From positions 5,434 to 69,433 of the forward strand of contig RFFQ01000012.1 of NCBI GenBank assembly GCA_003697105.1: a stretch of 64,000 nucleotides of DNA. Direction: 5' to 3'. The DNA comes from Gemmatimonadota bacterium. Its GTDB lineage: Bacteria; 4572-55; J002. Each line of letters starts with the position of its first letter. Positions within the stretch are counted from its first letter, which is position 1. Shown here in pieces: positions 55,720 through 64,000 of this stretch. The position numbers and the translations under genes were made by a program. Below the pieces are notes generated by a model, which saw nothing but the letters and a program-made list of their open reading frames with translations, was not told where the DNA came from and searched no databases.

Positions 55720-56376
55720 TTAACATTTATGATCTTGACGAGAGGGACATAAGTCATTCAAAGGGCATGTTGTACATTGAGGGCGACGTGCGATACACGT
55801 TTTGCGCCCATGTAAGATCATCGCATGCGAGAAATAGACCCAATCTTCCTGAGGAACAATTTTCATTAAATCCTGTTCGATCTTCACTGCATTTTTGGGA
55901 TGGTCAACTAATTTCAATAGATTGGTGATGCGGGTCACATGCGTATCCACCACAATACCTTCGGGCTTATGGAAGGCATCCCCAAGTACAACATTAGCGG
56001 TTTTGCGCCCGACACCGGCAAGGGCAGTCAACTCTGCCATTGTTTGGGGCACTTCTCCGTTGTGATGTTCTACCAATGCTCGGCAGCACTGCTGAATGTT
56101 ACGTGCCTTGTTGCGGTAAAATCCCGTGGAGCGGATCATCTCCTCCAATTCTGGGAGTGGCGCCTGAGCAAAATCAGCGGCAGTCGGATATTTTTCAAAT
56201 AGCGCCGGCGTCACCATATTAACCCGTTTATCCGTACACTGAGCCGACAAAATAGTAGCAATAAGCAGTTGCAACGGGCTATTATGGTGCAAGGCACAGT
56301 GGGCATCGGGGAATTCGGTTTTAAGCCGTTCTAGCACCTTTTTGACACGAAAACGGCGATGTTCTAGGGACTCCAA
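55720..56376 (-). CDS. nth: Endonuclease III
   Basis: It has 'LLIATILSAQCTDKRVN', the HhH-GPD 'LAGVGRKTANVVL' and 'VDTHV', and the Fe-S cluster loop 'CIARRPQCTTCPLNDLC'. The preferred start is TTG 56376, with AAGGAG 5 nt upstream. The track ORF's extra 21 codons are doubtful. Confidence 0.88.
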   Translation of the reverse strand: MESLEHRRFRVKKVLERLKTEFPDAHCALHHNSPLQLLIATILSAQCTDKRVNMVTPALFEKYPTAADFAQAPLPELEEMIRSTGFYRNKARNIQQCCRALVEHHNGEVPQTMAELTALAGVGRKTANVVLGDAFHKPEGIVVDTHVTRITNLLKLVDHPKNAVKIEQDLMKIVPQEDWVYFSHAMILHGRKTCIARRPQCTTCPLNDLCPSRQDHKC

Positions 56377-56490
56377 AGCAACTCCTTTATCGACGGCGAC
56401 CTTCTGGGATGTGCAACCCACCAGCGCCAATAATAACAAACTAAAATTAGGCCTGTCAAATTATTTATAGCGACACCTTCATTTAGAATA

Positions 56491-56525
56491 AAAAATCGCT
56501 GAAGGTTCTGCCTCCAGCGATTTTA
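56491..56525. terminator. Second (bidirectional) terminator hairpin downstream of the giant gene
   Basis: AAAAATCGCTG...CAGCGATTTT is a palindrome flanked by an A-run and a T-run. Confidence 0.55.
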
Positions 56526-56545
56526 CGACTCATCTCAAGAAACCG

Positions 56546-56582
56546 TGCCGGTCTCTTTTCGAGTGAATCCAAGAGACCGGCA
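56546..56582 (-). terminator. Terminator hairpin immediately after the giant gene stop
   Basis: A 12-bp stem TGCCGGTCTCTT/AAGAGACCGGCA with a 13-nt loop. The minus strand continues CGGTTTCTT. Confidence 0.6.
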
Positions 56583-56597
56583 GGTATTAGAGCCAGT

Positions 56598-59500
56598 TTA
56601 CTTCAACATCACCATACTCCGCGTCATGCTGAAGTCACCCGCAGTGATACGATAGACGTACACGCCACTGGCAACCGCGTTGCCGAGTTCATCCGTGCCA
56701 TCCCATGTTGCGGTGTAGTAACCCGCCTCCCGCGGCGCATTGACCAGCGTTTTCACCAACTGACCGGCGGCATTGTAAATTTCCAGATTTACATGCGCCT
56801 TGACAGGTAATTGGTACCGGATTGAGGTCGTCGGGTTGAATGGGTTTGGCGTGTTTTGAGCCATGTCGTAGGTTACCGGAACATCTACGGATGGGGTTTG
56901 TTGTTTGCTTTCCGAGCTAATTTCAAGTTCTGTGACGGATTCAACCGCTTCCGCCAGTTGTTGACCTCGCGAGGTCATGCTCACGTCACTCTTGAGCGTG
57001 AGTTCTGTTTCGCCTGAGAATCGTGCCCGGAAGGTCACGTTTGCGAGCACACCTTCACCATTCACCCCGCCAGCGGCGGCACCAAGGCGAGTCATATCAA
57101 TCCGAACCGTACCTTGCTCAACATCGTTGTGGAAGAAGAGCGTTGGTGTACCATCCATGCGGAGGAAGGAGCCTTCTTCGACACGGACGAGTTCAAATTG
57201 AGCGGCATCATATTCGACTTCCAGACTCGTTGCAAACAAGTCTATTGCCTCATTCGCTATAATGCTAAAGGTGTATTCTTCACCTTCCACAAACGACCGC
57301 GAACCGGTCAGGCTTTCTAAGTGATAAACCGGCGCGCTGGATGCTCGGTGTGCCAAAGCGTGATCCACTGCCTGATCCGCAATCCGGCTAGCACCGGCAT
57401 AGGTATCGTAATACAACGCGAAGAGCGTCAAATCTGCCAGATTGATCCGGTAACGCCCACTTGGGATATTATCCGCCCCGCCACCTGCGAGGATCGGTGC
57501 ACTACCGTTTTCACCGGCATAGATACCAATATTACAGATCGGGTTCCAGTTACCAGAAACTTGACCTGTAGCGGGGTCATAGTACGAATTCAAGGCGTAA
57601 TAAATCACCAAGACGTCATCTAAGCCCCCGATGTAACCATCCCCGTTGAAATCCGCTGGCGAGAAGAAGTCTGAAATTTCCAGTTCAACGGGCATTTCTA
57701 CATTACCGGTTGAGGCTTCAAATGTGACGGTCCAGTTGTACACACCCGCGACAACATCACCATCAATCATATCATCATTATCTTGATCGAAATCGAAGAT
57801 AAAGTAAACGACGGCACTGCTCGGCTCATCTGAATTTTGGCCATATAAGGTCAAACCGCCATCGATTTGCGCATCATCAAAGGTCAACCATCCTTCTGTG
57901 CCCGAAACTCCCGAGACCGTAACGGTAGCACTTGGGTCAAAAGCGGGGTTCGTAAGGCGCACAGCGACGCGTTCGGAGACATCTTCATCATCAATGGGGA
58001 CAAAGAAGGCTTCCAGCATATCCGTATCCGCTTCAAAGTTCGGATGAACAACGAGTTCTGCGGGAACATCCAGAATCGCGCATTCTGGACCAACGATGTC
58101 GCTATTGCCAACGTTGTACCGGGCGGCAACGCCGTAGCAGTACTCAACGCCAAACTCGACATTCTCATCTACATACGATGTTTGCCGTCCTGTCCAGATC
58201 AGCGTCCATTCCTCTTCAGAGGCAAGCCGGCGATAGAGATTATAGCCAAGTAACCGGATGTCGCGAAGGTCTGAATCCTGTTGCACGGCTTTAGACGCGG
58301 CAACCGATTTGGCATTATCACCAATTGATGCCGCCGCAACTTTTGTCAACGGGGTAATATCCCGCTCTCCACCAATGCGCTCGGCGCTATCCCAACTGAC
58401 ATGGATCGTACCTTCATCGAGCATTGCTTCTGCCATGAGGTTTGCTGGACCTGCCGGCGCACCGACCGTAATGGTTACCGGAACATCAACCACCCGTTGA
58501 TTGGGATCGTTGCTTCGGAATTGCAATGTTGTTTGGTAGGTATCACCCGATTCAAAATCAGTCGCATCCACCGTCATCATCATGTTATGAGATGTACCGC
58601 CCGGTATCATGAACCAGTGTTCATCCATCGTCAGCCAGTGGCCGACTAATTCCACCGGTGTTGTGCTGAAGCGAATGGCGGTACGCCGGCGAATCCGCGG
58701 GGCACCGTCGGCGTATGTGCCATTATAGTAATATTGGAGACCTTTGGTACCGTGCATATTTTCAATCCCGATAGAAAGGTCTGTTTGACGAGGTGCGGTT
58801 CTGTATTGAAATACCAGATCGCCATTCGATTTGAACAACACTTGGAAGGTTTCCCGTTGGGTGCTACTCCCAAAATGCGGGACACGGCTGAATTCCACCA
58901 CAAATGTACCATTGCCGTCATCATAGACAAAGATACCACCTGCTGCCGACGGATTTAAGTCATCCCACAGCGGGGCAATGAGATTATTTGCCAAGTTCAT
59001 GGTGGGGATGGGGCTAGAACTCAAGCTATTGTTGCCCGGATCATCACCTAAGGACATCCAACCATTGGAACAAATCCAAAGGGTGTTATAGCTTTCACCG
59101 TAGTAAGTGAAGTTGAACGGCAAGGTTACCATACCGCGGTCATCATCACCCAGCGGATTACCTGCGGCATTGAGTACCGGTGTACCATTGCCATCATAAG
59201 CCGGATCGATTTCCATCCAGTCATATTGAGCTTGATAGGCATAGTACGGATAGGCATAGGCGGGATTCATACCGACAATATCAGCCCGGTCAACGTACAG
59301 ATTCGCTTCACCGAGGTTACTGAGCGGCATCGAGATCGTTTGAACTTCACCTGCCGAAACTTCCGCCGCAAATTCTACCGGTGCGTTCAAGTCTGGAGCC
59401 GACAAAACGGTAACTTCAGCAACCGAACTCCGCATCCCGGGAGCGCCATCATACACAGCGGCAACTTGATAGGTGTATGTCCAGCCCGGTGTTACGTTAT

Positions 59501-62500
59501 AATCGTTAAATGTGTTTTGATCCGGTCCAACCGTACCGACTCGGGAGCCGCCGCGGTAGATTTCAAAACCGGTTAGTGAGCGGAGTTGCCCCGGTAACTC
59601 CCACATTAACGAGACGTACCCATCTGTTTTTGCGATCGCCTCCAACGTGGGTTGGCCGTAGACCGTAAAATCAACCGGGATGGTTAATTCTGGGGTGTTA
59701 TAGGCATTACTCAGAATGGTAATGGTACCGTTGTAAAGTCCCGCTTCCACGAGGCAAGAGGCATCGAAGGTCACCGTAACATCAAAGCTACCGGCGCCTT
59801 CAATCGAACCCATGACCGGATCGACCATTAGCCAATCACACTCTTCGCCGCCGCCACCTTCATAGTCACGGCTATCATACCAGTTATATGTGCCATCGCC
59901 ATTGGGTTCAAACATCAGGGCAAATTCATTTTCCAGCACAAATTCTGCCGGAACTTCATCACCACTAATGTTGCTATCACCTTGACCGGGAGCGTTGTTG
60001 TAGAAAATTTCGACCCCAGATGTACCGGTCGGGTCTTCAATACCAATGGTACAGGAGGTAATATCCAGATTTTCCCCAAAGGATTGATACTGGTACACAA
60101 TCGAACCATCGGCATACAGAATAATTTCGGCATTGACACCATTTGTTGGGTCTTGATTCCCCGGATATTCAATATAATCGACAAACTGAATGACCAGCAT
60201 ATCGCCCATCGTTTGATAATACACCGGGGCATTGGTATCCGCGGGGTCCATATCATCCCAGAACCACGGTAGGATGGCATTGGGGGAACTGGACGTTGGA
60301 ATTGGGCTGTTGCTGAGTGAGTTCAAGGATGTCGGGTCAAATCCAACCACACCATTGGAACCAATGTAGAATTCGGAATATACCGTTCCGTAGAAATCAA
60401 AATCAAAACCGATAGGGAACGGACCCACATAGTTATCGTCACCTAACCCTGTGACGAGCGTACCTGTACCGGAAATATCCAGATAATCATATACCACGGG
60501 CACGCCATCCCCTGGGTTATACCACGGGGAGTAGATCATCACAGCTAATTGCGGCTCAATATAGGCGGCATTATAGACAATTTCCAGCCCATCCGTACCG
60601 TCAATATTCTCAATACCCACCGTGGCACTGAGCGTATCAAACCCTTCATCCATCGAATCGTATTGAATTTTGATCGATCCATCGGAATAGAGAATGACTT
60701 CCGCATTGATGGCATCTCCCCCATCGGGATATTCATAGTAATTCACAAATTGAATCACAAACATATCATCAATGGTCTGGTAATAGACGGCGGTGTTCGG
60801 GTTCGCTGGGTCTAGGTCGTCCCAGCACCACGCTAAAATATTATTGGGTGTGCTGGTCGTCGGAATCGGGCGGTTACTCAAACTACTCAAGCTCGTGTTT
60901 GAACCGAAACCTAACAGCCCATTGGAGCCCAGATAGAATTCCGTATAAACTTCATCATAAAACGGAAATTCAATTCCCAACGGGAACGGACCCACGGAGT
61001 TATCATCGCCTAAACCGGTCACCAAGGTACCTGTGGCGCTAATATCAATATAATCAAAGACAGGACCGTCGGCTTCATAGCTATCCTTCCAACTGTAACC
61101 GAACGTACCATCCTCGCCCATACCTCGCAGTGCCGGTGTTCCGATACCGCGCGTGGGGTCTTTTTCTTCATACTTCGGTGTTTCTTCCGGCAGTTCTACT
61201 TGCCCCCGATGGACGGAAGGCGTCACGGAAATTTGAGCCGCCCGGGCGAGCATACCGCCGATATCATCCATAATTTCAAAGTCAAGTGTGGCACCACCGG
61301 TATTGGAGACCGTAAAAGTTTGGGTGGTCATGCTACCCACTTCCGCATCAGCGGCTAACTGCGGCGGGTCAACGGCAATGTACGGTCCCGGGGTGACTTC
61401 CAGATTCACCGGAACCACCAACTCTGGCTCATTAACCGCATTGCTTGCAAAGATAAGATTACCCGCATACATTCCAGCCAGCAGGTCTGCGGCATCCATG
61501 GTCACGGTGAAGTCCGCACTCATACCGGGTTCAATGAACGCCACGTCTGGTGAAACAAAGAGCCAATCCAACGTCGGCAATTCGGGGATGTAATCTTCGT
61601 TACAGGCGATTTGCAGACCATCCGTGGCATCGCCATTTTCAATACCAATAGTGGCGCTATTGAGCAATGCACCATTGCCCATATCGGCATATTGGAATTT
61701 GATGCGACCATCGGGGTAAATAATTGCCTGAAATGTCAATGAACCCGTCTGGTAATACTTGGGAACTTCATTCCACTGCATCACAAACATATCGGGGCTG
61801 GAATAGTACCACACACTCCCATTACCGCGGTGGGGTGCGAGATCATCCCAGAAGGGGGCAATCATGTTCTCTGGACCATCGGCTTCACCGATGCAACTAT
61901 TGCTATAATCAGCTAAAGTGCTGGTGAAGGTCAAGTAGCCATTCATCCCCACCCGAATTTCATTAAAGGTATTACCGTAGAACACCACGTCAAAACCGAG
62001 CGGGAACGGACCCTCATTACCATCATCACTGGTGGGGACAGCCACCGCGCCGGGCATTGCCGGCACATTGACCCAATCATACGAGGGACCACCGGGTTCG
62101 TTGCTATCCATCCAGACATACCCATACAGGTCAGGCCCCCCAGCACCTCGCAGAACACCTGCACCTTCGTAGCTATCTTTTTCGCCTTTTGCTAAGCCGG
62201 ACAAATCACGACCCACAAACTCGGCCTCGCGGACGGCACGCTTAGAAACATCACCGCCGATGCTACGCTCATTTCGTACCGGCGGATAAATCATGACTGC
62301 CATACCACCGCCGATGTCATCAGAAGCACCGACCGTCATTGGGGCATTACCCCCATTGGTCACGGTAACGGTTGCTTGAGCAACTTCACGCTCCACTACG
62401 GAAGCTTCGACCATTTCCGGTTCGACCGAAATCAAGGCACCGGTAATGATCACACTTCCATCAACACCGGCACCTGCCGGAAAACCATCATTAAACATAA

Positions 62501-64000
62501 TGGGGTCAATCGACAAGATCGATTCATCTGCCACGGCACCGGCTGAGGCAAAATAGGCGAGCAAGAAATGACCATCCATTCGAATGCCTTGTGTACCAAA
62601 GCCGCTGATCATGACCATCCCTTCGCCATTATCATCATACTGTACCGTCCAATCTTCGGTTAGAATATCACCCGGCATAATATCGTAGACGGAGACGACC
62701 GTCGGATCATAGTGCAGGGTAAATTCAAAAGAGACGATATTCATCAGTGAATCGGAATCCATCAAGTAAAAGCTCACCGGACCTGTATCACCGTACGGAA
62801 TTTCAGCGAAGTCTTGGATATCGACGATCACCGGTAATTCTTCTACATAAAATTGGTATTCACCCACTACATCACCACAGGCACGGGCTTTACCGGTACT
62901 CCGGCTACCTTCTGGGACGTTGGTCCACGCCGCCAGACGCACCGTATAGGTACCCGCTTCCGGTAAGAACGCCATCACTCGGGGGTTGCAATTCCCCAGT
63001 TCAATATCATCATCATTGGTGCCGAGTAATTCGCCATTTGGACCGTAGAGATAAAGCGCCGCGTCCACATTACCGAGATCATAAACCGAAATATGTTGTC
63101 CGGCAAGCCCTTCAAAAGAGAACCAATCCACATCCCCTTCTGGGAAGACACACCCATCCACGACACCACCCACCATCGCTGGGGTCGCATCTTCCACGAG
63201 ATCGTTGGGTTCATTTGCGTCTGGGCAATCCACCGTAAAGAAGCCATCTTCGGTTAAGGATGCGGGGTCTCCTTCATTCAGTTGAAAATGGACAAAATTC
63301 AACTCTGAGGTGGAGGTAGGCGCCCCAATAACATCAAAAATCAGATAGACAAAGACACCTTCACCATCTGCGGGGGAAATGTCGAAGCCACTCAATAAGA
63401 CAGACCCCTCAGAACTATTATTGAACGAGAATGTCCACCCTTCGGTTATAGTACCTTCGTCACTGTAACCGGTGGCACTTAAGACCGTGGGGTCATAGCC
63501 GAGTTCTAGGTTGAAGCCAATCACTTCTAAATCGGCAGTTAGGTCTGTGGCATAGAGCGGTACCATGATGCTGGTACCGGTTTCCGCCAACAGGTCTTGT
63601 GGGATGGAAATATCAACCGTGTACGGGATCACTTCTAAGGTCACAGGGACCCAAAAGGCGGGTGTAAAGGGGTCATTCGTGGTAATCATGAGGTTAGAGC
63701 GGTATTGGTCAATTTCCAACTGAGAGGCATCGGCTATCACCATCACATCCATGCTTTCGCCGGGTTCAACCGTACCGCTAACGGGGTCTGCCGAAAGCCA
63801 ATCGGTCGGAACGCTTTCGGTTTCCAGAGCCACATTGTCGATATACCACCACCAGTCATACTCTGAATCATACCGGAAGCGGAACGTAATATCACTTTGA
63901 CCGGCGCCCCATTCAGTAATATCGTAAGAGGCATAGCCAATCACTTGCAGTTCATTACCCATCAATTCCCACGAATCGATAACATCCCAAGTTTGACCGC
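56598..64000 (-). CDS. Giant multidomain T9SS cargo protein (more than 2,466 aa; the N-terminus lies outside the window)
   Basis: The reading frame is still open at 64000 (my translation upstream of the track start is ...GQTWDVIDSWE-LMGNEL). From N to C it has: a MAM/choice-of-anchor-like end ('WWWYIDNV'); a cohesin-like domain; a PPC domain ('DANEPNDL..GDVDWFSF'); a second cohesin-like domain; four NIDO-like modules interleaved with Ig-like and two FN3 modules; a dockerin-like loop 'DFNGDGYIGGLD' (~57605..57665); a third cohesin-like domain; and the Por tail 'NTPNPFNPTTSIRYQLP...SGVYVYRI'. Confidence 0.9.
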   Translation of the reverse strand, partial: GQTWDVIDSWELMGNELQVIGYASYDITEWGAGQSDITFRFRYDSEYDWWWYIDNVALETESVPTDWLSADPVSGTVEPGESMDVMVIADASQLEIDQYRSNLMITTNDPFTPAFWVPVTLEVIPYTVDISIPQDLLAETGTSIMVPLYATDLTADLEVIGFNLELGYDPTVLSATGYSDEGTITEGWTFSFNNSSEGSVLLSGFDISPADGEGVFVYLIFDVIGAPTSTSELNFVHFQLNEGDPASLTEDGFFTVDCPDANEPNDLVEDATPAMVGGVVDGCVFPEGDVDWFSFEGLAGQHISVYDLGNVDAALYLYGPNGELLGTNDDDIELGNCNPRVMAFLPEAGTYTVRLAAWTNVPEGSRSTGKARACGDVVGEYQFYVEELPVIVDIQDFAEIPYGDTGPVSFYLMDSDSLMNIVSFEFTLHYDPTVVSVYDIMPGDILTEDWTVQYDDNGEGMVMISGFGTQGIRMDGHFLLAYFASAGAVADESILSIDPIMFNDGFPAGAGVDGSVIITGALISVEPEMVEASVVEREVAQATVTVTNGGNAPMTVGASDDIGGGMAVMIYPPVRNERSIGGDVSKRAVREAEFVGRDLSGLAKGEKDSYEGAGVLRGAGGPDLYGYVWMDSNEPGGPSYDWVNVPAMPGAVAVPTSDDGNEGPFPLGFDVVFYGNTFNEIRVGMNGYLTFTSTLADYSNSCIGEADGPENMIAPFWDDLAPHRGNGSVWYYSSPDMFVMQWNEVPKYYQTGSLTFQAIIYPDGRIKFQYADMGNGALLNSATIGIENGDATDGLQIACNEDYIPELPTLDWLFVSPDVAFIEPGMSADFTVTMDAADLLAGMYAGNLIFASNAVNEPELVVPVNLEVTPGPYIAVDPPQLAADAEVGSMTTQTFTVSNTGGATLDFEIMDDIGGMLARAAQISVTPSVHRGQVELPEETPKYEEKDPTRGIGTPALRGMGEDGTFGYSWKDSYEADGPVFDYIDISATGTLVTGLGDDNSVGPFPLGIEFPFYDEVYTEFYLGSNGLLGFGSNTSLSSLSNRPIPTTSTPNNILAWCWDDLDPANPNTAVYYQTIDDMFVIQFVNYYEYPDGGDAINAEVILYSDGSIKIQYDSMDEGFDTLSATVGIENIDGTDGLEIVYNAAYIEPQLAVMIYSPWYNPGDGVPVVYDYLDISGTGTLVTGLGDDNYVGPFPIGFDFDFYGTVYSEFYIGSNGVVGFDPTSLNSLSNSPIPTSSSPNAILPWFWDDMDPADTNAPVYYQTMGDMLVIQFVDYIEYPGNQDPTNGVNAEIILYADGSIVYQYQSFGENLDITSCTIGIEDPTGTSGVEIFYNNAPGQGDSNISGDEVPAEFVLENEFALMFEPNGDGTYNWYDSRDYEGGGGEECDWLMVDPVMGSIEGAGSFDVTVTFDASCLVEAGLYNGTITILSNAYNTPELTIPVDFTVYGQPTLEAIAKTDGYVSLMWELPGQLRSLTGFEIYRGGSRVGTVGPDQNTFNDYNVTPGWTYTYQVAAVYDGAPGMRSSVAEVTVLSAPDLNAPVEFAAEVSAGEVQTISMPLSNLGEANLYVDRADIVGMNPAYAYPYYAYQAQYDWMEIDPAYDGNGTPVLNAAGNPLGDDDRGMVTLPFNFTYYGESYNTLWICSNGWMSLGDDPGNNSLSSSPIPTMNLANNLIAPLWDDLNPSAAGGIFVYDDGNGTFVVEFSRVPHFGSSTQRETFQVLFKSNGDLVFQYRTAPRQTDLSIGIENMHGTKGLQYYYNGTYADGAPRIRRRTAIRFSTTPVELVGHWLTMDEHWFMIPGGTSHNMMMTVDATDFESGDTYQTTLQFRSNDPNQRVVDVPVTITVGAPAGPANLMAEAMLDEGTIHVSWDSAERIGGERDITPLTKVAAASIGDNAKSVAASKAVQQDSDLRDIRLLGYNLYRRLASEEEWTLIWTGRQTSYVDENVEFGVEYCYGVAARYNVGNSDIVGPECAILDVPAELVVHPNFEADTDMLEAFFVPIDDEDVSERVAVRLTNPAFDPSATVTVSGVSGTEGWLTFDDAQIDGGLTLYGQNSDEPSSAVVYFIFDFDQDNDDMIDGDVVAGVYNWTVTFEASTGNVEMPVELEISDFFSPADFNGDGYIGGLDDVLVIYYALNSYYDPATGQVSGNWNPICNIGIYAGENGSAPILAGGGADNIPSGRYRINLADLTLFALYYDTYAGASRIADQAVDHALAHRASSAPVYHLESLTGSRSFVEGEEYTFSIIANEAIDLFATSLEVEYDAAQFELVRVEEGSFLRMDGTPTLFFHNDVEQGTVRIDMTRLGAAAGGVNGEGVLANVTFRARFSGETELTLKSDVSMTSRGQQLAEAVESVTELEISSESKQQTPSVDVPVTYDMAQNTPNPFNPTTSIRYQLPVKAHVNLEIYNAAGQLVKTLVNAPREAGYYTATWDGTDELGNAVASGVYVYRITAGDFSMTRSMVMLK
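59985..61103 (-). repeat. Tandem duplication of a ~565-bp (~188-aa) NIDO-like module inside the giant gene (copies 2 and 3)
   Basis: The two copies align residue for residue. Copy 2 reads 'FDYIDISATGTLVTGLGDDNSVGPFPLGIEFPFYDEVYTEFYLGSNGLLGF...LSSLSNRPIPTTSTPNNILAWCWDDLDP'. Copy 3 reads 'YDYLDISGTGTLVTGLGDDNYVGPFPIGFDFDFYGTVYSEFYIGSNGVVGF...LNSLSNSPIPTSSSPNAILPWFWDDMDP'. More diverged copies lie at ~61585..62130 and ~58670..59250. Confidence 0.85.

Noticed and set aside
56377-56439. Lipoprotein-like N-terminus 'MLLLALVGCTSQ' on the endonuclease III track ORF
   Set aside because: Endonuclease III is cytoplasmic. The track start is a non-ATG codon without an SD, whereas TTG 56376 has AAGGAG at ideal spacing and gives a normal Nth N-terminus.
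1-64000. Search for mobile elements, prophage, CRISPR-Cas, toxin-antitoxin or other defence modules, rRNA and tRNA
   Set aside because: I recognised no transposase, integrase, recombinase, Cas, restriction, Abi or toxin-like motif in any of the translated ORFs. I also found no inverted-repeat-bounded insert and no tRNA T-loop or rRNA signature. The window looks like core chromosome plus surface-protein loci.

Overview
This 64-kb window is chromosomal and almost fully coding. It most likely comes from an uncultured FCB-superphylum-type bacterium. The pointers are several T9SS C-terminal sorting domains, a PorV/PorQ-like barrel, CarboxypepD_reg-type TonB receptors, and an Alternative Complex III + caa3 oxidase cluster. 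All calls rest on motifs read in the supplied translations and DNA; no database search was run.

Contents in order:
(1) A cobalamin riboswitch, a BtuB-like TonB receptor and a beta-propeller lipoprotein.
(2) ugd, an unknown lipoprotein and an MBL-fold hydrolase.
(3) A 15-kb minus-strand respiratory block: ctaB, actABCDEF, a small membrane protein, SCO, coxB/A/C/D, SCO and DUF420.
(4) An FMN reductase, proS and an orphan H-NOX gene.
(5) A minus-strand string of ABC exporter, dual-REC response regulator, tag and a methyltransferase, followed by rseP.
(6) An M48 peptidase and an IsdG-like monooxygenase with a coupled micro-ORF.
(7) A 12-kb surface locus: two secreted proteins with T9SS-like tails, a TonB receptor, PorV/PorQ, an M1-M28-PDZ fusion peptidase and a PD40 propeller.
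(8) A small zinc-ribbon protein plus a YwiC-like membrane protein.
(9) exbB-exbD separated by an octanucleotide tandem repeat, then trxB.
(10) A decayed GH13 pseudogene, a beta-helix protein, a small Cys-rich protein and a POT peptide transporter.
(11) nth, a TPR protein and a LolA/DUF4292-like lipoprotein.
(12) A gene of more than 2,460 codons for a T9SS cargo protein that runs off the window.

I found no rRNA, tRNA, CRISPR array, transposase, integrase, phage gene or recognisable defence gene, so I cannot point to a clear-cut novel defence-type system.

The items most worth a second look are:
- the SusD-less TonB receptor / PorV / peptidase locus;
- the giant protein with four NIDO-like modules, three cohesin-like modules, one dockerin-like loop and a T9SS tail;
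- the 8-nt repeat array between exbB and exbD;
- the orphan H-NOX gene;
- the His-rich tail on oxidase subunit IV;
- a perfect CRP/FNR-type palindrome in front of the respiratory block.
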